Shown here piece after piece: positions 38,190 to 48,265 of a stretch of DNA of 64,000 nucleotides. Position numbers and translations under genes: made by a program. This DNA comes from Bacillota bacterium. Lineage in GTDB: Bacteria; Bacillota; Desulfitobacteriia; Desulfitobacteriales; JAJXUE01. Every line of letters begins with the position of its first letter. Position 1 is the first letter of the stretch. Under the pieces are notes generated by a model. It searched no databases. It was given only the letters and a program-made list of their open reading frames with translations, and was not told where the DNA came from. The DNA lies in contig JAJXUE010000003.1 in NCBI GenBank assembly GCA_021783135.1, forward strand, positions 51,085-115,084. Direction: 5' to 3'.

Positions 38190-38624
38190 TTATAACAATA
38201 CCTTTTGATTGGGACAGTTGGCAGGGCATGTAGTCTGGCGGCAACTTTGACAAGTATTTAAGGTTTCCATGGCCTCGACGATGCTTGCTCTCAACTTTTG
38301 CAATTGCACCAGCTTACTTTCAATTTGTTCTAGTTGTTTGTTAAACAAAGCTCGGCTCGTTTCGATCCGAGCTACTCTGGTTTCACCGAAATCCATACTA
38401 GTAAGTAAGCTTTGAATGTCTTCCAGCGAGAAGCCCAAATCTTTAAATTGTATGATCAAGTGCAATCTACCCAGATCTCCGTCCGTATAAAATCGAATTC
38501 CGCCCGCGCTTATTTCTGACGCTGATACTAAACCCAACTCTTCATAGTACCTTAAAGTTCGGACAGTTACCCCTGCCTTGCTGGCAAACTCACCAATTTT
38601 ATACAAATGCCTGTCTTTTCCCAT
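38190..38624 (-). CDS. MerR-family regulator with C-terminal Cys cluster
   Basis: YKIGEFA...GVTVRTLRYYEE.GL; CQSC...CPANCP. Confidence 0.9.
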   Translation of the reverse strand: MGKDRHLYKIGEFASKAGVTVRTLRYYEELGLVSASEISAGGIRFYTDGDLGRLHLIIQFKDLGFSLEDIQSLLTSMDFGETRVARIETSRALFNKQLEQIESKLVQLQKLRASIVEAMETLNTCQSCRQTTCPANCPNQKVLL

Positions 38625-38746
38625 GCACTATCGTTCCAATACTGATTTAATCTCAAAAATAGCATACCACATGCCAATAGCTTTGGCTAATTTCTCTACA
38701 ATAATTTTTCGGCGTAACATGAAATAGGCTAAAGGCAATAGCAGAC

Positions 38747-39184
38747 TTAATTTTTTGCCAATTTCGCACCGAATTCTTCGGCAAGTTTGATTGATTCTTC
38801 AACATCATTTGCCAAGCAGGCTAACCCATCCGCTACCTTCTCCAACTTAAAGAAAGGCATAATACTGTCGAGATAATTAACTACTGCCAGAGGATCTTTA
38901 GAACCATTTATAATCGTTGTGTAGCCTTTACCGGCGAAGTTAGCTTTACCTTCATAGTTCCAACACCTTTCCACAAATGCCTTGACCGGACCTGATAGGG
39001 TGTTAAAAGGTTGACCACTGGCTAGAACTATAATGTCGGCGTCTAAAAGATTTTCCGGACTAGCATCAGTAGCTTGTAAGAGTTCACATTTCCCCCCATT
39101 AGTTTCAACGCCTTTTTGAAATGCTTCTACCAATTGGCCGGTAAGCCCCCGGTAACTGTGATATACAACAACAATTCTCTTCAT
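38747..39184 (-). CDS. Flavodoxin-fold protein
   Basis: VVYHSYRGLT, DIIVLAS, K.FVER. Confidence 0.75.
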   Translation of the reverse strand: MKRIVVVYHSYRGLTGQLVEAFQKGVETNGGKCELLQATDASPENLLDADIIVLASGQPFNTLSGPVKAFVERCWNYEGKANFAGKGYTTIINGSKDPLAVVNYLDSIMPFFKLEKVADGLACLANDVEESIKLAEEFGAKLAKN

Positions 39185-39217
39185 TTGACAAATCCTCCCT
39201 TAAATTAACTTTTCACT

Positions 39218-39595
39218 TCACACACTGACCACGTGCCACCCGTCTTTTAAAAATGTAGTGAGCGGTTCCCCTGCGTAGACGACTTCGACACCTAATGCTG
39301 CGATTGAATCCGATACCCCGTAGCTATCAGAACATGCTTTACACGCCATTAACTGGACGCCGGCTTCTTTCATGCGTTGAACATAGTCCTGCAATTCCGT
39401 ATCTTGCGCCAAAAGTATGGCTGACGGTCCCCAAACTAAGAGTTGCACGGTTCCCCACCAACCTCTAGTTTTCGCGTTTAGGGTATACATGAAAGCCATT
39501 TTAAGTGCTACTTCGCGGTCTCCACTGGTCCATAGAACTAGTAGGCGATCACTTGATTGCGAACCGCCAATACCTTGCGGTTGAGCATTTGACAT
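39218..39595 (-). CDS. DsrE family protein
   Basis: LWTSGD, MY..NAK..GWW, WGPS, ACKAC. Confidence 0.85.
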   Translation of the reverse strand: MSNAQPQGIGGSQSSDRLLVLWTSGDREVALKMAFMYTLNAKTRGWWGTVQLLVWGPSAILLAQDTELQDYVQRMKEAGVQLMACKACSDSYGVSDSIAALGVEVVYAGEPLTTFLKDGWHVVSV

Positions 39596-39626
39596 TATTC
39601 ATTCCCCCATCTTTAACTCTTATCTT

Positions 39627-39656
39627 AATATAACATTACCTTAACGTTAACGTCAA
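39627..39656 (-). promoter_or_regulatory. MerR-type promoter/operator
   Basis: TTGACG, 18 nt spacer, TATATT on - strand, with palindrome ACCTTAACGTTAACGT (39638-39653). Confidence 0.6.
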
Positions 39657-39758
39657 CTACTGCATCCGTTTTGTGCCCAGTTTGAAGTAAGCGCAAAAAA
39701 GTGAAAAAAAAGCACCCCGCTTCTTTGAAGCAAGAGTGATTTGATTAACTTTATGCGA

Positions 39759-41417
39759 CTACTGTTCGTTGGGTACTGGACTCTGACAAACTTGTGCTGT
39801 CACCTCCGATCCTTTCAGCTCTAACACTCCGTCTTTATGAAAGTATTCTTCACCTTTAAGTCGAATTTCGGGCAAAAAGAAAGTCCCGACAAAACAAAGC
39901 AAGGCAAAGACCAAACCTAGTTCAAATAAACGGTGAATGCCAAAAGTCAATGAAGTTTTTACGGCTGCCATTAGTTGCAAGTACAACTGATGCCCGGCGG
40001 CCCCTAATTTATCGAACTCAGCCGCTATAGAACTCTGGGCTTGCTGCGTTAGCAAAGCTTGTGGATTAACTCCTGCCAGCTTGCTTTGATATTGTTGGAG
40101 TGTTGCTGGAAGAGTTGAACTCAGTTTATTGGCAAAGGCCTTATCGATAATTGAGCCAAAAATTGGTGCCGCTATTACACCACCTAACGAAGTAACGAAT
40201 TGCTGAGTCGAATTTACTGTACCCATCATCTTGTACGGGAAGGCGTTTTGAACCGCAACATTCATCATTGGCATCAACGCGCCAATCCCCAGTCCTAGGA
40301 CAACCATATTCACAACAACGTTGGACCAGGTGGAGTAAATATTCATCCTGGTTAACAAAAACGCTCCCATCGCAATAATCGCTCCGCTTATCCTAGCTAG
40401 ATTACGATATCGTCCCGTTCGGGACATAAACTGTCCGGATATAATACTTCCAATAATAAAGCTAATCATCATCGGAGCCATAACCCAGCCGCTCCCCTGG
40501 GCATTTAGTCCAACCACACCCTGCACGTATACCGGCAGGAACATGATACTCCCAAACATCGTCATACTGACTAATATACCTAAAATCAGAGAGGTGCTAA
40601 ACAAACGATTTTTAAATAAAACCGGAGTCAACAGCGGATCGGCAGCTCGACGCTCCCACCAGATAAAGACTGCCAATAAACTCAAACCACCCAGAAAGAG
40701 TGTCAACTCAATCGGTGAACTCCAGGCATATTTGCTTCCCGCCCAGGTCAAACCGAGCAAAAGCGGAATTAGACCGATCACTAAAATCGCAGAACCGAGC
40801 CAGTCAACTTTAACTTGATGTTCAGCTCTAACCCGTGGCAGCGTGAAAAACACACCGACAATTGCCAGTAAGGCAAAGGGCAAGTTAATATAAAACACCC
40901 AGCGCCAAGACAGTGAGTCGGTAATCCAACCGCCAACCGTAGGGCCGATAATGCTCGACAGTCCAAAGACCGCGCCCATAATCCCCATCCATTTGCCTCG
41001 TTCCTTTGGATCGAAAATATCCCCGATTGTCGCTCTTGGCATACTCATCATGGCACCGGCACCAATACCTTGAAAGGCACGTGCCCAGATTAGTTCCTGT
41101 ATGGTATGCGCTTGACCCGAAATCGCGGAACCTACTCCGAACAGAATAAGTCCAAACAGATAGAATGGTCTGCGACCAAATACATCCGACAGCTTACCGT
41201 ATATGGGGACAGTGACCGAAGAAGCCATCATATAAGCTGTGAAAACCCACGCATATAAGTTAAATCCGTTAAGGTCACTAATAATCGTGGGTAGGGCAGT
41301 TGAGACCACTGTTTGGTCCATTGAAGAAAAAAACATTGTTAAGAGTACTGTCGCGAGTGCCCACCATTTGCGTGATCCGGTAATTCTATTCGAGTTTTGT
41401 ATAGCCGGTTGATCCAC
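39759..41417 (-). CDS. DHA2 (14-TM) multidrug MFS transporter
   Basis: DQTVVSTALP, GKLSD.FGRR, GP..GG..T...SWRWVFYINLP. Confidence 0.92.
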   Translation of the reverse strand: MDQPAIQNSNRITGSRKWWALATVLLTMFFSSMDQTVVSTALPTIISDLNGFNLYAWVFTAYMMASSVTVPIYGKLSDVFGRRPFYLFGLILFGVGSAISGQAHTIQELIWARAFQGIGAGAMMSMPRATIGDIFDPKERGKWMGIMGAVFGLSSIIGPTVGGWITDSLSWRWVFYINLPFALLAIVGVFFTLPRVRAEHQVKVDWLGSAILVIGLIPLLLGLTWAGSKYAWSSPIELTLFLGGLSLLAVFIWWERRAADPLLTPVLFKNRLFSTSLILGILVSMTMFGSIMFLPVYVQGVVGLNAQGSGWVMAPMMISFIIGSIISGQFMSRTGRYRNLARISGAIIAMGAFLLTRMNIYSTWSNVVVNMVVLGLGIGALMPMMNVAVQNAFPYKMMGTVNSTQQFVTSLGGVIAAPIFGSIIDKAFANKLSSTLPATLQQYQSKLAGVNPQALLTQQAQSSIAAEFDKLGAAGHQLYLQLMAAVKTSLTFGIHRLFELGLVFALLCFVGTFFLPEIRLKGEEYFHKDGVLELKGSEVTAQVCQSPVPNEQ

Positions 41418-41554
41418 GTCTATCCCTCCAACCATTCACAAGGCTCTGATTTTATGATTGTATGATTGGAGTTGGAATTTGTTTCATGCCAATGTTCACC
41501 AATTACTTTACCAAATATATTGAACAAACCCGCTAGGGTCAAAACCACAATAGC

Positions 41555-41595
41555 AAAAAAGGAGTTAAACCTCGGCCGGCCCGGGTTCAACTCCT
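41555..41595 (-). terminator. Terminator-like hairpin (- strand)
   Basis: AGGAGTTGAACCCGGG...CCGAGGTTTAACTCCT followed by T-tract on - strand. Confidence 0.6.
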
Positions 41596-41600
41596 AATTC

Positions 41601-41628
41601 CTTGAAACTACTTGAAACTACTTGAAAC
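41601..41628. repeat. 10-bp tandem repeat CTTGAAACTA x2.8
   Basis: Directly visible. Confidence 0.85.
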
Positions 41629-41723
41629 ACGAAATTTAGCAGAAAACCAGGCAACAATGAGGTGTTGTAATATAATTAAATCAAGAAGCAAAATCGACAT
41701 TAAAGTGGAAACGGGGTTACTAC

Positions 41724-42281
41724 ATGCAAGCTTTTATTAATCCACCTAAACGAATACCCTTCTATTTAAAAATTGGCATTTGGCTTACTAAACGAGTTAC
41801 CGGCAAAGACCTTCTGCCGCCAAAGCTCCTCGCCTGGTATCCCAAGGCGGCGCTAAGTTCTGGCATAATGGAAGTGTTGGTCGCGCACGGTAAAAAGGAT
41901 CTCAATGAACGGATCCTTAAGTTAGTACGAATCCAAACTTCATTTACTGTGGCCTGCCCTTTTTGCATTGACATGAACTCGCACGAATTTGACCGTGTCG
42001 GCATCAGCGATATGGAAATTTCCGCCCTGCAAGGCACTATTGCAATCGATTCAGCTGGTACCTTTTCCGAACGTGAAAAGCTTGCCCTCGCCTATGCCAA
42101 ACATATCTCGCAAAGTCCCCTCTCGTTCCCTTCCGAGCTGATTGCGGCAATTAAGCAACATTTTACCGAACGGGAAATTGTCATTTTGGCCACGACCGCA
42201 GCTCAGGTTAATTACTGGGCCAGAGTCCTCCAAGCTTTAGGCGTTCCTCCAGCCGGTTTTACTGATAATTGTCGACTGTAA
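41724..42281 (+). CDS. Carboxymuconolactone decarboxylase/AhpD-like protein
   Basis: S...ACPFCIDMN, FSEREK.AL.YA, EIV.LA. Confidence 0.8.
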   Translation: MQAFINPPKRIPFYLKIGIWLTKRVTGKDLLPPKLLAWYPKAALSSGIMEVLVAHGKKDLNERILKLVRIQTSFTVACPFCIDMNSHEFDRVGISDMEISALQGTIAIDSAGTFSEREKLALAYAKHISQSPLSFPSELIAAIKQHFTEREIVILATTAAQVNYWARVLQALGVPPAGFTDNCRL

Positions 42282-42305
42282 ACGGGCGTGGGATGGGAAT
42301 CCCTT

Positions 42306-43238
42306 TTACTCAGCGAGACCAGCCGCACCGTTTTCATACGGTTTGATAAGCCCGTATAAAGTGCGTATAGTCGGCAATTCTAAATCTGATTGGGCTGCAA
42401 GCCGTAAAGCTGCGCCTTGAAGACTCTCTACTTCCAAGGTTAGCCCCTTGCGTAGATCCTGGTGCATGGAAGATGTTGCCCCCTGAAGATTTTTCGACAC
42501 GGTTTCTACATTTGTATTTACATAGTCGTCCGGTAGTACTGCGCTGCTTACACGTGCCAACTGCCACATTTCCTGCAAACTACGATAGTAAATATCCTTG
42601 GTAGCGGTAACCGCCAATATTTTGTCAATTGAGAGCCGACTCGCAGTGGTAACACCGGAAAATGCCGTAATAAACGCGTATTTAGCCCATATATCGACCC
42701 AAATATCGTCACTTAATTTGCACGCGAACTTAACATTGGACCAAGCTTGTTTCAGTTCAGCGCAAAAATCAACCTGACTGGGCAAGGTTGGGCCAAACGT
42801 CATACTATGCACCGCACTCGTATGTTGGATATTGCCCTCTGCATCCAAGGTGGACACGATTTGGCATAGACCGCCCAAAACATTTTCCGCACCAACTGCT
42901 GAGCGCAACAATTCATAGTGTTCTACACCGTTGAGTAAGGGCAATATTTTAGCGCCGGAGTTAGCCAAAGTTATGATCTGCGGCATAGCTGCGTTTAATT
43001 GGTAACTTTTGACCGCCACCAACACCAGCTCGCAGCCCTCTATTGCCTGTGCTTCAACTGCTAGGCGCACCTGAGTTAAGTTTAAGTCTCCAGAGGGGCT
43101 TTTAATCACTAGGCCGTCCTTACGCAGCTTGGCTGCTTTTGGCGCGCGCACTAAAAAGGTTACATCTAATCCTGCCTCCGCTAGTCTACCGCCAAAGTAT
43201 CCGCCTACAGCGCCGGCACCAATAACGACTATTCTCAC
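42306..43238 (-). CDS. panE: 2-dehydropantoate 2-reductase
   Basis: GAGAVGG, AVKSY, NG, W.K, SSM.QD..G..LEVE. Confidence 0.88.
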   Translation of the reverse strand: MRIVVIGAGAVGGYFGGRLAEAGLDVTFLVRAPKAAKLRKDGLVIKSPSGDLNLTQVRLAVEAQAIEGCELVLVAVKSYQLNAAMPQIITLANSGAKILPLLNGVEHYELLRSAVGAENVLGGLCQIVSTLDAEGNIQHTSAVHSMTFGPTLPSQVDFCAELKQAWSNVKFACKLSDDIWVDIWAKYAFITAFSGVTTASRLSIDKILAVTATKDIYYRSLQEMWQLARVSSAVLPDDYVNTNVETVSKNLQGATSSMHQDLRKGLTLEVESLQGAALRLAAQSDLELPTIRTLYGLIKPYENGAAGLAE

Positions 43239-43266
43239 CCTACCATCCCCTTAGCTTATTCTAGCA

Positions 43267-44259
43267 TCATTGCAGACTTTGCACTGCGCGCGCTGTCCAC
43301 CCGGAATCCTGCAGCAGGGCTCGGCCTACACCAATCAAATCAGCTTTCCCTTCTGCCAGTAACTGTTCTGCGGCCTGTGGCTCTGTAATACCGCCGGTGA
43401 GGATGACCGGGATAGAAACGACCTGCTTGATTGCGTGGGTCAACGGCGCAAAATAGCCTTGTCCTTTCAACTCCGGCACCATGTAGCCACAAAAACCACC
43501 CGAGATATCAAGAATACTCACGCCAACCTTTGCGAACTCTTGCGCGGCAATTATACTGTCTTCGATTGTCGTCCCGCCGGGCATAAAGTCTGACGCACCT
43601 AAACGAATAAGTACGGGGAAATCTTCTCCTACAGCAGCGCGTACCGCTGCAATCACCTCAAGATGGAGGCGGATGCGCTGCTGAATACTGCCGCCGTACT
43701 CATCACTACGCTGATTAGCCAAAGGAGACAAGAATTGATTTAGTAAGTAGCCATGCGCAGAATGAATTTCCACCGCATCGAAACCCGCCTGTTTGGTACG
43801 CAGAGCTGCTTTTTGAAACGCGTCAATAATATCTGCTATTTCCGGGACACTAAGTTCGCGCGGTAAATTACCTTTGCGTGGATTTATTACTGCCGAGGGA
43901 GCTACTGGGGTGGTACCGATTATGGCTGCATCAGCTGCGCTACCGGCATGATTAATTTGCATCGCAGCCTTAACTCCATTGCGGTGTAATGTGTCAGCCA
44001 ACCGCCGTAAACCATCCACTTGACTGTCCGTGGCGACTGATAGCTGTTGGTTGCTTGCTTTTCCTTCCGGCGCAATAAAGCTATGCTCAATAATCACCAA
44101 GCCAAGATCACCACCTGCAGATTTTTCAGCGTAATAATCCAGTAACGCTTGGCTCACGCTGCCATCCGGCTCAGCCTTAGCACTAGCCATAGGCGGCATT
44201 ACCAAACGGTTGGTGAGCTCTAAAGCTCCTGCCTGTAGTGGTTTAAGCAAATTTGCCAT
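43267..44259 (-). CDS. NADH:flavin oxidoreductase (old yellow enzyme family)
   Basis: NRLVMPPM, QINHAG, EIHSAHGYLL.QFLSP, DEYGGS. Confidence 0.92.
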   Translation of the reverse strand: MANLLKPLQAGALELTNRLVMPPMASAKAEPDGSVSQALLDYYAEKSAGGDLGLVIIEHSFIAPEGKASNQQLSVATDSQVDGLRRLADTLHRNGVKAAMQINHAGSAADAAIIGTTPVAPSAVINPRKGNLPRELSVPEIADIIDAFQKAALRTKQAGFDAVEIHSAHGYLLNQFLSPLANQRSDEYGGSIQQRIRLHLEVIAAVRAAVGEDFPVLIRLGASDFMPGGTTIEDSIIAAQEFAKVGVSILDISGGFCGYMVPELKGQGYFAPLTHAIKQVVSIPVILTGGITEPQAAEQLLAEGKADLIGVGRALLQDSGWTARAVQSLQ

Positions 44260-44305
44260 AGTCTCTCCTCCTGTTCATGTGACGTGATAGCAGAACTGGA
44301 TAGGG

Positions 44306-45013
44306 TTATCTATTTAAGTGCGTAACTTTATGCATTGCACACTTTTGGTGTTGAGGACAAAAATCGCAGTGAGTTTTACCCCTTAGCTCCGGTAAATTAC
44401 GTCCCAACCCTATCACCATACTGACAGATTTACGCGGCATAATCAAGTTAGACTCACTTAGTTGCATGCCAATTGCCTCCGGTTGCAATAACTTGAAAAT
44501 AACCCGCTGCTCGCGGAGATCTGGCCAGTAGGAATGACCCGGACCCATTGGAAAAGTTGTCATTAGACCGTCTGAATTGTACGTTTTTTTGAGGCTGTCG
44601 CAAAACCTGGGACTGCTAAGTGCGATATACGCTGAACCGGCGGAATCAAGGGCGAATGCATCTGACATCCGCCCGGCAGCTTGATATGCTGCTACCTGTG
44701 TTTCCAACTCGGGTCCTAAAGTGATAGCTGCCACGATTAGTTTGTCCGCAGTGCCCGCAGCCTGGGTCAACAGCTTGCTGGTAAACTTCTCTCCCCCGCT
44801 CACATATATAGCTTGTCCATCAACCTTAAGGACATCCACTGCCAGCCAGACAACCTTGGGTTGTATCAAAGCAGCTGCTTCTGCGATAATTCGCTGATTT
44901 AGTTCCAGTATCCGTGGGTGGGGAGGTCTTGCGGTAAAGTTTGATCCTTGGGCTAAAAATATCTCTTCGAGGGTAAGTTTGGGCAAAGTTAATTCGAGAA
45001 CTTTAGCTTTCAC
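44306..45013 (-). CDS. B12 methionine synthase activation domain-like protein
   Basis: A.TLG..LE, LDS.GS, .PG...W....Q, M.P.KSVS...G, C..C....C. Confidence 0.8.
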   Translation of the reverse strand: MKAKVLELTLPKLTLEEIFLAQGSNFTARPPHPRILELNQRIIAEAAALIQPKVVWLAVDVLKVDGQAIYVSGGEKFTSKLLTQAAGTADKLIVAAITLGPELETQVAAYQAAGRMSDAFALDSAGSAYIALSSPRFCDSLKKTYNSDGLMTTFPMGPGHSYWPDLREQRVIFKLLQPEAIGMQLSESNLIMPRKSVSMVIGLGRNLPELRGKTHCDFCPQHQKCAMHKVTHLNR

Positions 45014-45059
45014 GCTTTACGTCAGCACCTTATTCTTCCATTTGGTAACAAGCACGCAT

Positions 45060-45698
45060 TTAGGCGTAGATTTCTTTACACAGTCTAACACCGGCAGCCG
45101 CATCCTTGGCATAATAATCGGCCCCGACAAAGTCACGGACATCCTCATTACAGGGCGCCCCGCCAATAATGACTTTAACTTGCTCCCTTAAACCCGACTT
45201 CTCTAACGCCTGAATAATAAGTTTTATCTGCGGAAAAGTAAAGTTCAGCAAGGTACTAAGCCCAAGCGCTTTAGCCCCTGTTTCCTGCAGTGATTGCACA
45301 AAGGTTTCTGCCGCAACATCTACCCCTAAATCAACTACATTAAATCCGGTTCCTTTGAGCATTGTTATCACAATATTTTTACCGATATCATGAAGGTCGT
45401 CCTTAACCGTGCCGATAACAACAGTGCCTTGCGAAGGTGCACTTGTGTCATCATTTTTTACCAGCAGCGGTTCGAGCAGTGCCATTACATCTTTCATGAT
45501 CTCGCCCGACATGATCAATTCACTCAAAAAATACTCGTTATCTTCAAATAATTTCCCTATTCTTGCCATTCCGGCGTTGCACTCCAGCACGATCGAGAGC
45601 GGGTCGGTGCCTTTAGCCAATTCTTGTTGCACCAGTTCTTTCACCTTATCTTCTTCTAGCTCAACTAAAGCGTCAGATATCGCGGATAATTCACTCAT
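45060..45698 (-). CDS. Corrinoid (cobalamin-binding) protein
   Basis: GTVKDDLHDIGKN, DLGVDV, IIGGAP. Confidence 0.92.
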   Translation of the reverse strand: MSELSAISDALVELEEDKVKELVQQELAKGTDPLSIVLECNAGMARIGKLFEDNEYFLSELIMSGEIMKDVMALLEPLLVKNDDTSAPSQGTVVIGTVKDDLHDIGKNIVITMLKGTGFNVVDLGVDVAAETFVQSLQETGAKALGLSTLLNFTFPQIKLIIQALEKSGLREQVKVIIGGAPCNEDVRDFVGADYYAKDAAAGVRLCKEIYA

Positions 45699-45731
45699 GC
45701 TAATTCAGCCTCCTCGTGTAATTTCTTAAGC

Positions 45732-47096
45732 TTACATAATCCATTGCCAAATCCAAGTATGTCCTAAGTTCTCCAGCAGTTCCCACGGGCGCCTAATTAA
45801 GCTCTCATCCCCCAAAACCCCGCCTAGCTCTGCCAATTTACTTTCCCAGGGAGTCACGACTTTTTTGAGATCTTGTGGGTTTAGCAGTTGGGGTGGTGCC
45901 GGTCTCGGCACCGGCTTGATACTTAGGTCATAGACGCCAAATTCAACAATCGCGTCCAGCATAGCCCGGTAGTTCTCAGGTTTCGTATTATAGGGTATAT
46001 TACATCCGCCGTTAATGATAAATCCTCCGCCTTGGCCCACTGTGTTACAGAGCAGTTTTACCCGTTCTCGCACTTCCTGGGCATTGCCCAAGATAAGCAG
46101 CGAGTCAGGCATGCCGCCGGCTAGGCATTGATGATGCCCAATTGCTTCCTTGGCTTTGAAGATATCGCCTTGCACATCAATGTCACACAGAATTGTCCCT
46201 TTGGGCAACTCCAGGAGATGATGCCAATGGGCACCCCAATCACCCTCAAGATAAGCACGCACCTTGTAACCGGCGTCAATAATGATTTGCAGTGTCTTTT
46301 TGAAGGAAGGCCAGTAAAATTTGTCAAATTGTTTCGGCGACAAAAAAGTCGGCTTATGGGTAGGTACGAAAATTGGATACCGCCGCAGTGGGTCTGCCGT
46401 CGACAAGGCAAAACTCACCATTTCGTCAACTAAAACATCACACGCTGCCAGCACGTTGTCCGGTTGCCGGTAAATATCCAGCAATACTCCTTTCAGCCCG
46501 CGCATGGCGTCTGACAAGGCATCGAACGGAGCCAAGAATGCTCCTGTCATAGGTTGCGGCATCCCACAGGCCTGCTCCAAAGTTTGCGAACGGTTGCGCA
46601 TAATTTGCGACATCATGACGTGGGCCATCCCACCCTTAAGAAAAGCCATGTTGGCAGCCGGGGAACCATTATGAGCTGCCGCGCCCAGCACCCGGGGGAT
46701 GAAGCGTTCCAGTATAAATTGTTCCGGGTTGGCAATCAGCAGGTCATACTCGTTCGCCAGCATGTATTCAGCTTCAACAAATTGAACTTGATTCGTCGGT
46801 AGTAGTTCCCGGCCCGGTAGGCGGTATGTTTTCAAAGCCACTGCATCATACAAGGGAGCCCATACCCGGTTATCGCGCAGAACATCTACCTCCGGGAAGT
46901 CTCGGATAAAAGTTTTTTCCGCCTGCAGCCATTTTTCCGGATCATAGATAGTCTCTTGGTTAGTGTTGCCGGAATATATTTCGGCAAAATAGTTACTACC
47001 TGAGGCAACCGGCATCCGATCGGTCGATTCTAAGGCTATCGTGGCCTGATAACGGCCTAGCCTCTCAGCGTAAAGTTTTTCCATCTCATTAGCCAT
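45732..47096 (-). CDS. URO-D family methyltransferase (substrate-specific MT1, O-demethylase-like)
   Basis: DRMPV, APFD.L.D.MRG, F.P.H, F.KFYWP, GGFI...GC. Confidence 0.8.
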   Translation of the reverse strand: MANEMEKLYAERLGRYQATIALESTDRMPVASGSNYFAEIYSGNTNQETIYDPEKWLQAEKTFIRDFPEVDVLRDNRVWAPLYDAVALKTYRLPGRELLPTNQVQFVEAEYMLANEYDLLIANPEQFILERFIPRVLGAAAHNGSPAANMAFLKGGMAHVMMSQIMRNRSQTLEQACGMPQPMTGAFLAPFDALSDAMRGLKGVLLDIYRQPDNVLAACDVLVDEMVSFALSTADPLRRYPIFVPTHKPTFLSPKQFDKFYWPSFKKTLQIIIDAGYKVRAYLEGDWGAHWHHLLELPKGTILCDIDVQGDIFKAKEAIGHHQCLAGGMPDSLLILGNAQEVRERVKLLCNTVGQGGGFIINGGCNIPYNTKPENYRAMLDAIVEFGVYDLSIKPVPRPAPPQLLNPQDLKKVVTPWESKLAELGGVLGDESLIRRPWELLENLGHTWIWQWIM

Positions 47097-47278
47097 GCAA
47101 ACATCATCTCCTCAACCAGAATTAATTTTAACGTTAGGGACGTACTGTAGCTTGTCCAATTGTTGGGCAAAAAAGCAAATGGGCCACGCGCAGAATGTTT
47201 TCACCTCCTTAACTGAAGCCGATTGTCAGGAGCCATTTTACGGATTTCATCCACCCTAAAATTCAACCCTCATAGTGC

Positions 47279-48202
47279 CTAAGTGAGCGAATTGTATAAA
47301 TTCCGCAATCCGGCCAAATTTAAGCCGGCAAAGATGCCACTATTGGTACCGAGAATAAATTTTTGGGCTTGTGCCAACTCGCGGATTGATGCCAGCTCGT
47401 GGTTTAACGCAATGCTGTTTACCCCCGCATTAGTATTTTGCATATCCAAGTGTCCCCATAAACATAACCGGTTGCCGACTGTGTTGCGCACATCGGCGAC
47501 AGTCACACCTGCATTGCGATCCAGACAATGCAAACCTCCAAAACCAGATGCTACAATGTCCGGCAGTACACTTCGATAATCCCCGTCGCTATGAAAAAAG
47601 GCAGGAAGTTTGGCTTGAGAAATTTGCCGGACTTGACGGGACAGACTAGGGAAAAAAAACTTACGCAGAAAGCGCGGACTAAGCATCAAACCTTGATTAT
47701 AGGCAATATCATCGGCTATGATAATCCCACTTACGCCCCGTTCAGCCAAAATCTCACTCAAACGTATATTTAGTTTTTCAATTGAATCTATGAATTCTTG
47801 TGCTGCTAAAGGTGAGTTATATAGTAAGGTGAAAAATTGTTCCAAGCCATACATGCGTAATCCCCATTCAAATGCGCCATCTAGGAGTGCAAAGATGTAC
47901 AATGAGGTATGTTTGGTCCAATTGTCGATATCTTGCCATTGGCATTCTTCCACTAAAGGTATCTTTTTATCTAGCGTTGGATAAACCGGTGACAACACAT
48001 AAATATCGAGATTGAACTCTTTGCAAAACGCAAGTCTTTCTTGAAATCCGATTGTATGGCAGTTAAGAGCGGTGCGCACCACTGCATCATCAATACATAA
48101 TTCTCCCTTTGGTATATAGTCGCTCAGCCCAAGCTCAATCGCGCGTGCAACTCTTTCCCTTGGCGAGTCAGTTGTCTGCTGCAATTTTGACCCCCATTTC
48201 AA
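47279..48202 (-). CDS. URO-D family methyltransferase-like protein
   Basis: IIIADDIAY, FHSDG, LCLWG.LD. Confidence 0.78.
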   Translation of the reverse strand: MKWGSKLQQTTDSPRERVARAIELGLSDYIPKGELCIDDAVVRTALNCHTIGFQERLAFCKEFNLDIYVLSPVYPTLDKKIPLVEECQWQDIDNWTKHTSLYIFALLDGAFEWGLRMYGLEQFFTLLYNSPLAAQEFIDSIEKLNIRLSEILAERGVSGIIIADDIAYNQGLMLSPRFLRKFFFPSLSRQVRQISQAKLPAFFHSDGDYRSVLPDIVASGFGGLHCLDRNAGVTVADVRNTVGNRLCLWGHLDMQNTNAGVNSIALNHELASIRELAQAQKFILGTNSGIFAGLNLAGLRNLYNSLT

Positions 48203-48265
48203 TAACCTATAAGTGACGCATTACTACAAAATTGTAGCGTTTTGTGGCGTTAAATGCAGAAGTGG

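Noticed and set aside
41601-41628. Possible CRISPR or iteron array
   Set aside because: Only 2.8 contiguous 10-bp units, no spacers, no cas or rep gene.
47110-47240. Small ORF after AAGGAGGTGA on the - strand between the URO-D genes
   Set aside because: No canonical start codon at a suitable distance from the RBS; candidate frames are short and featureless.
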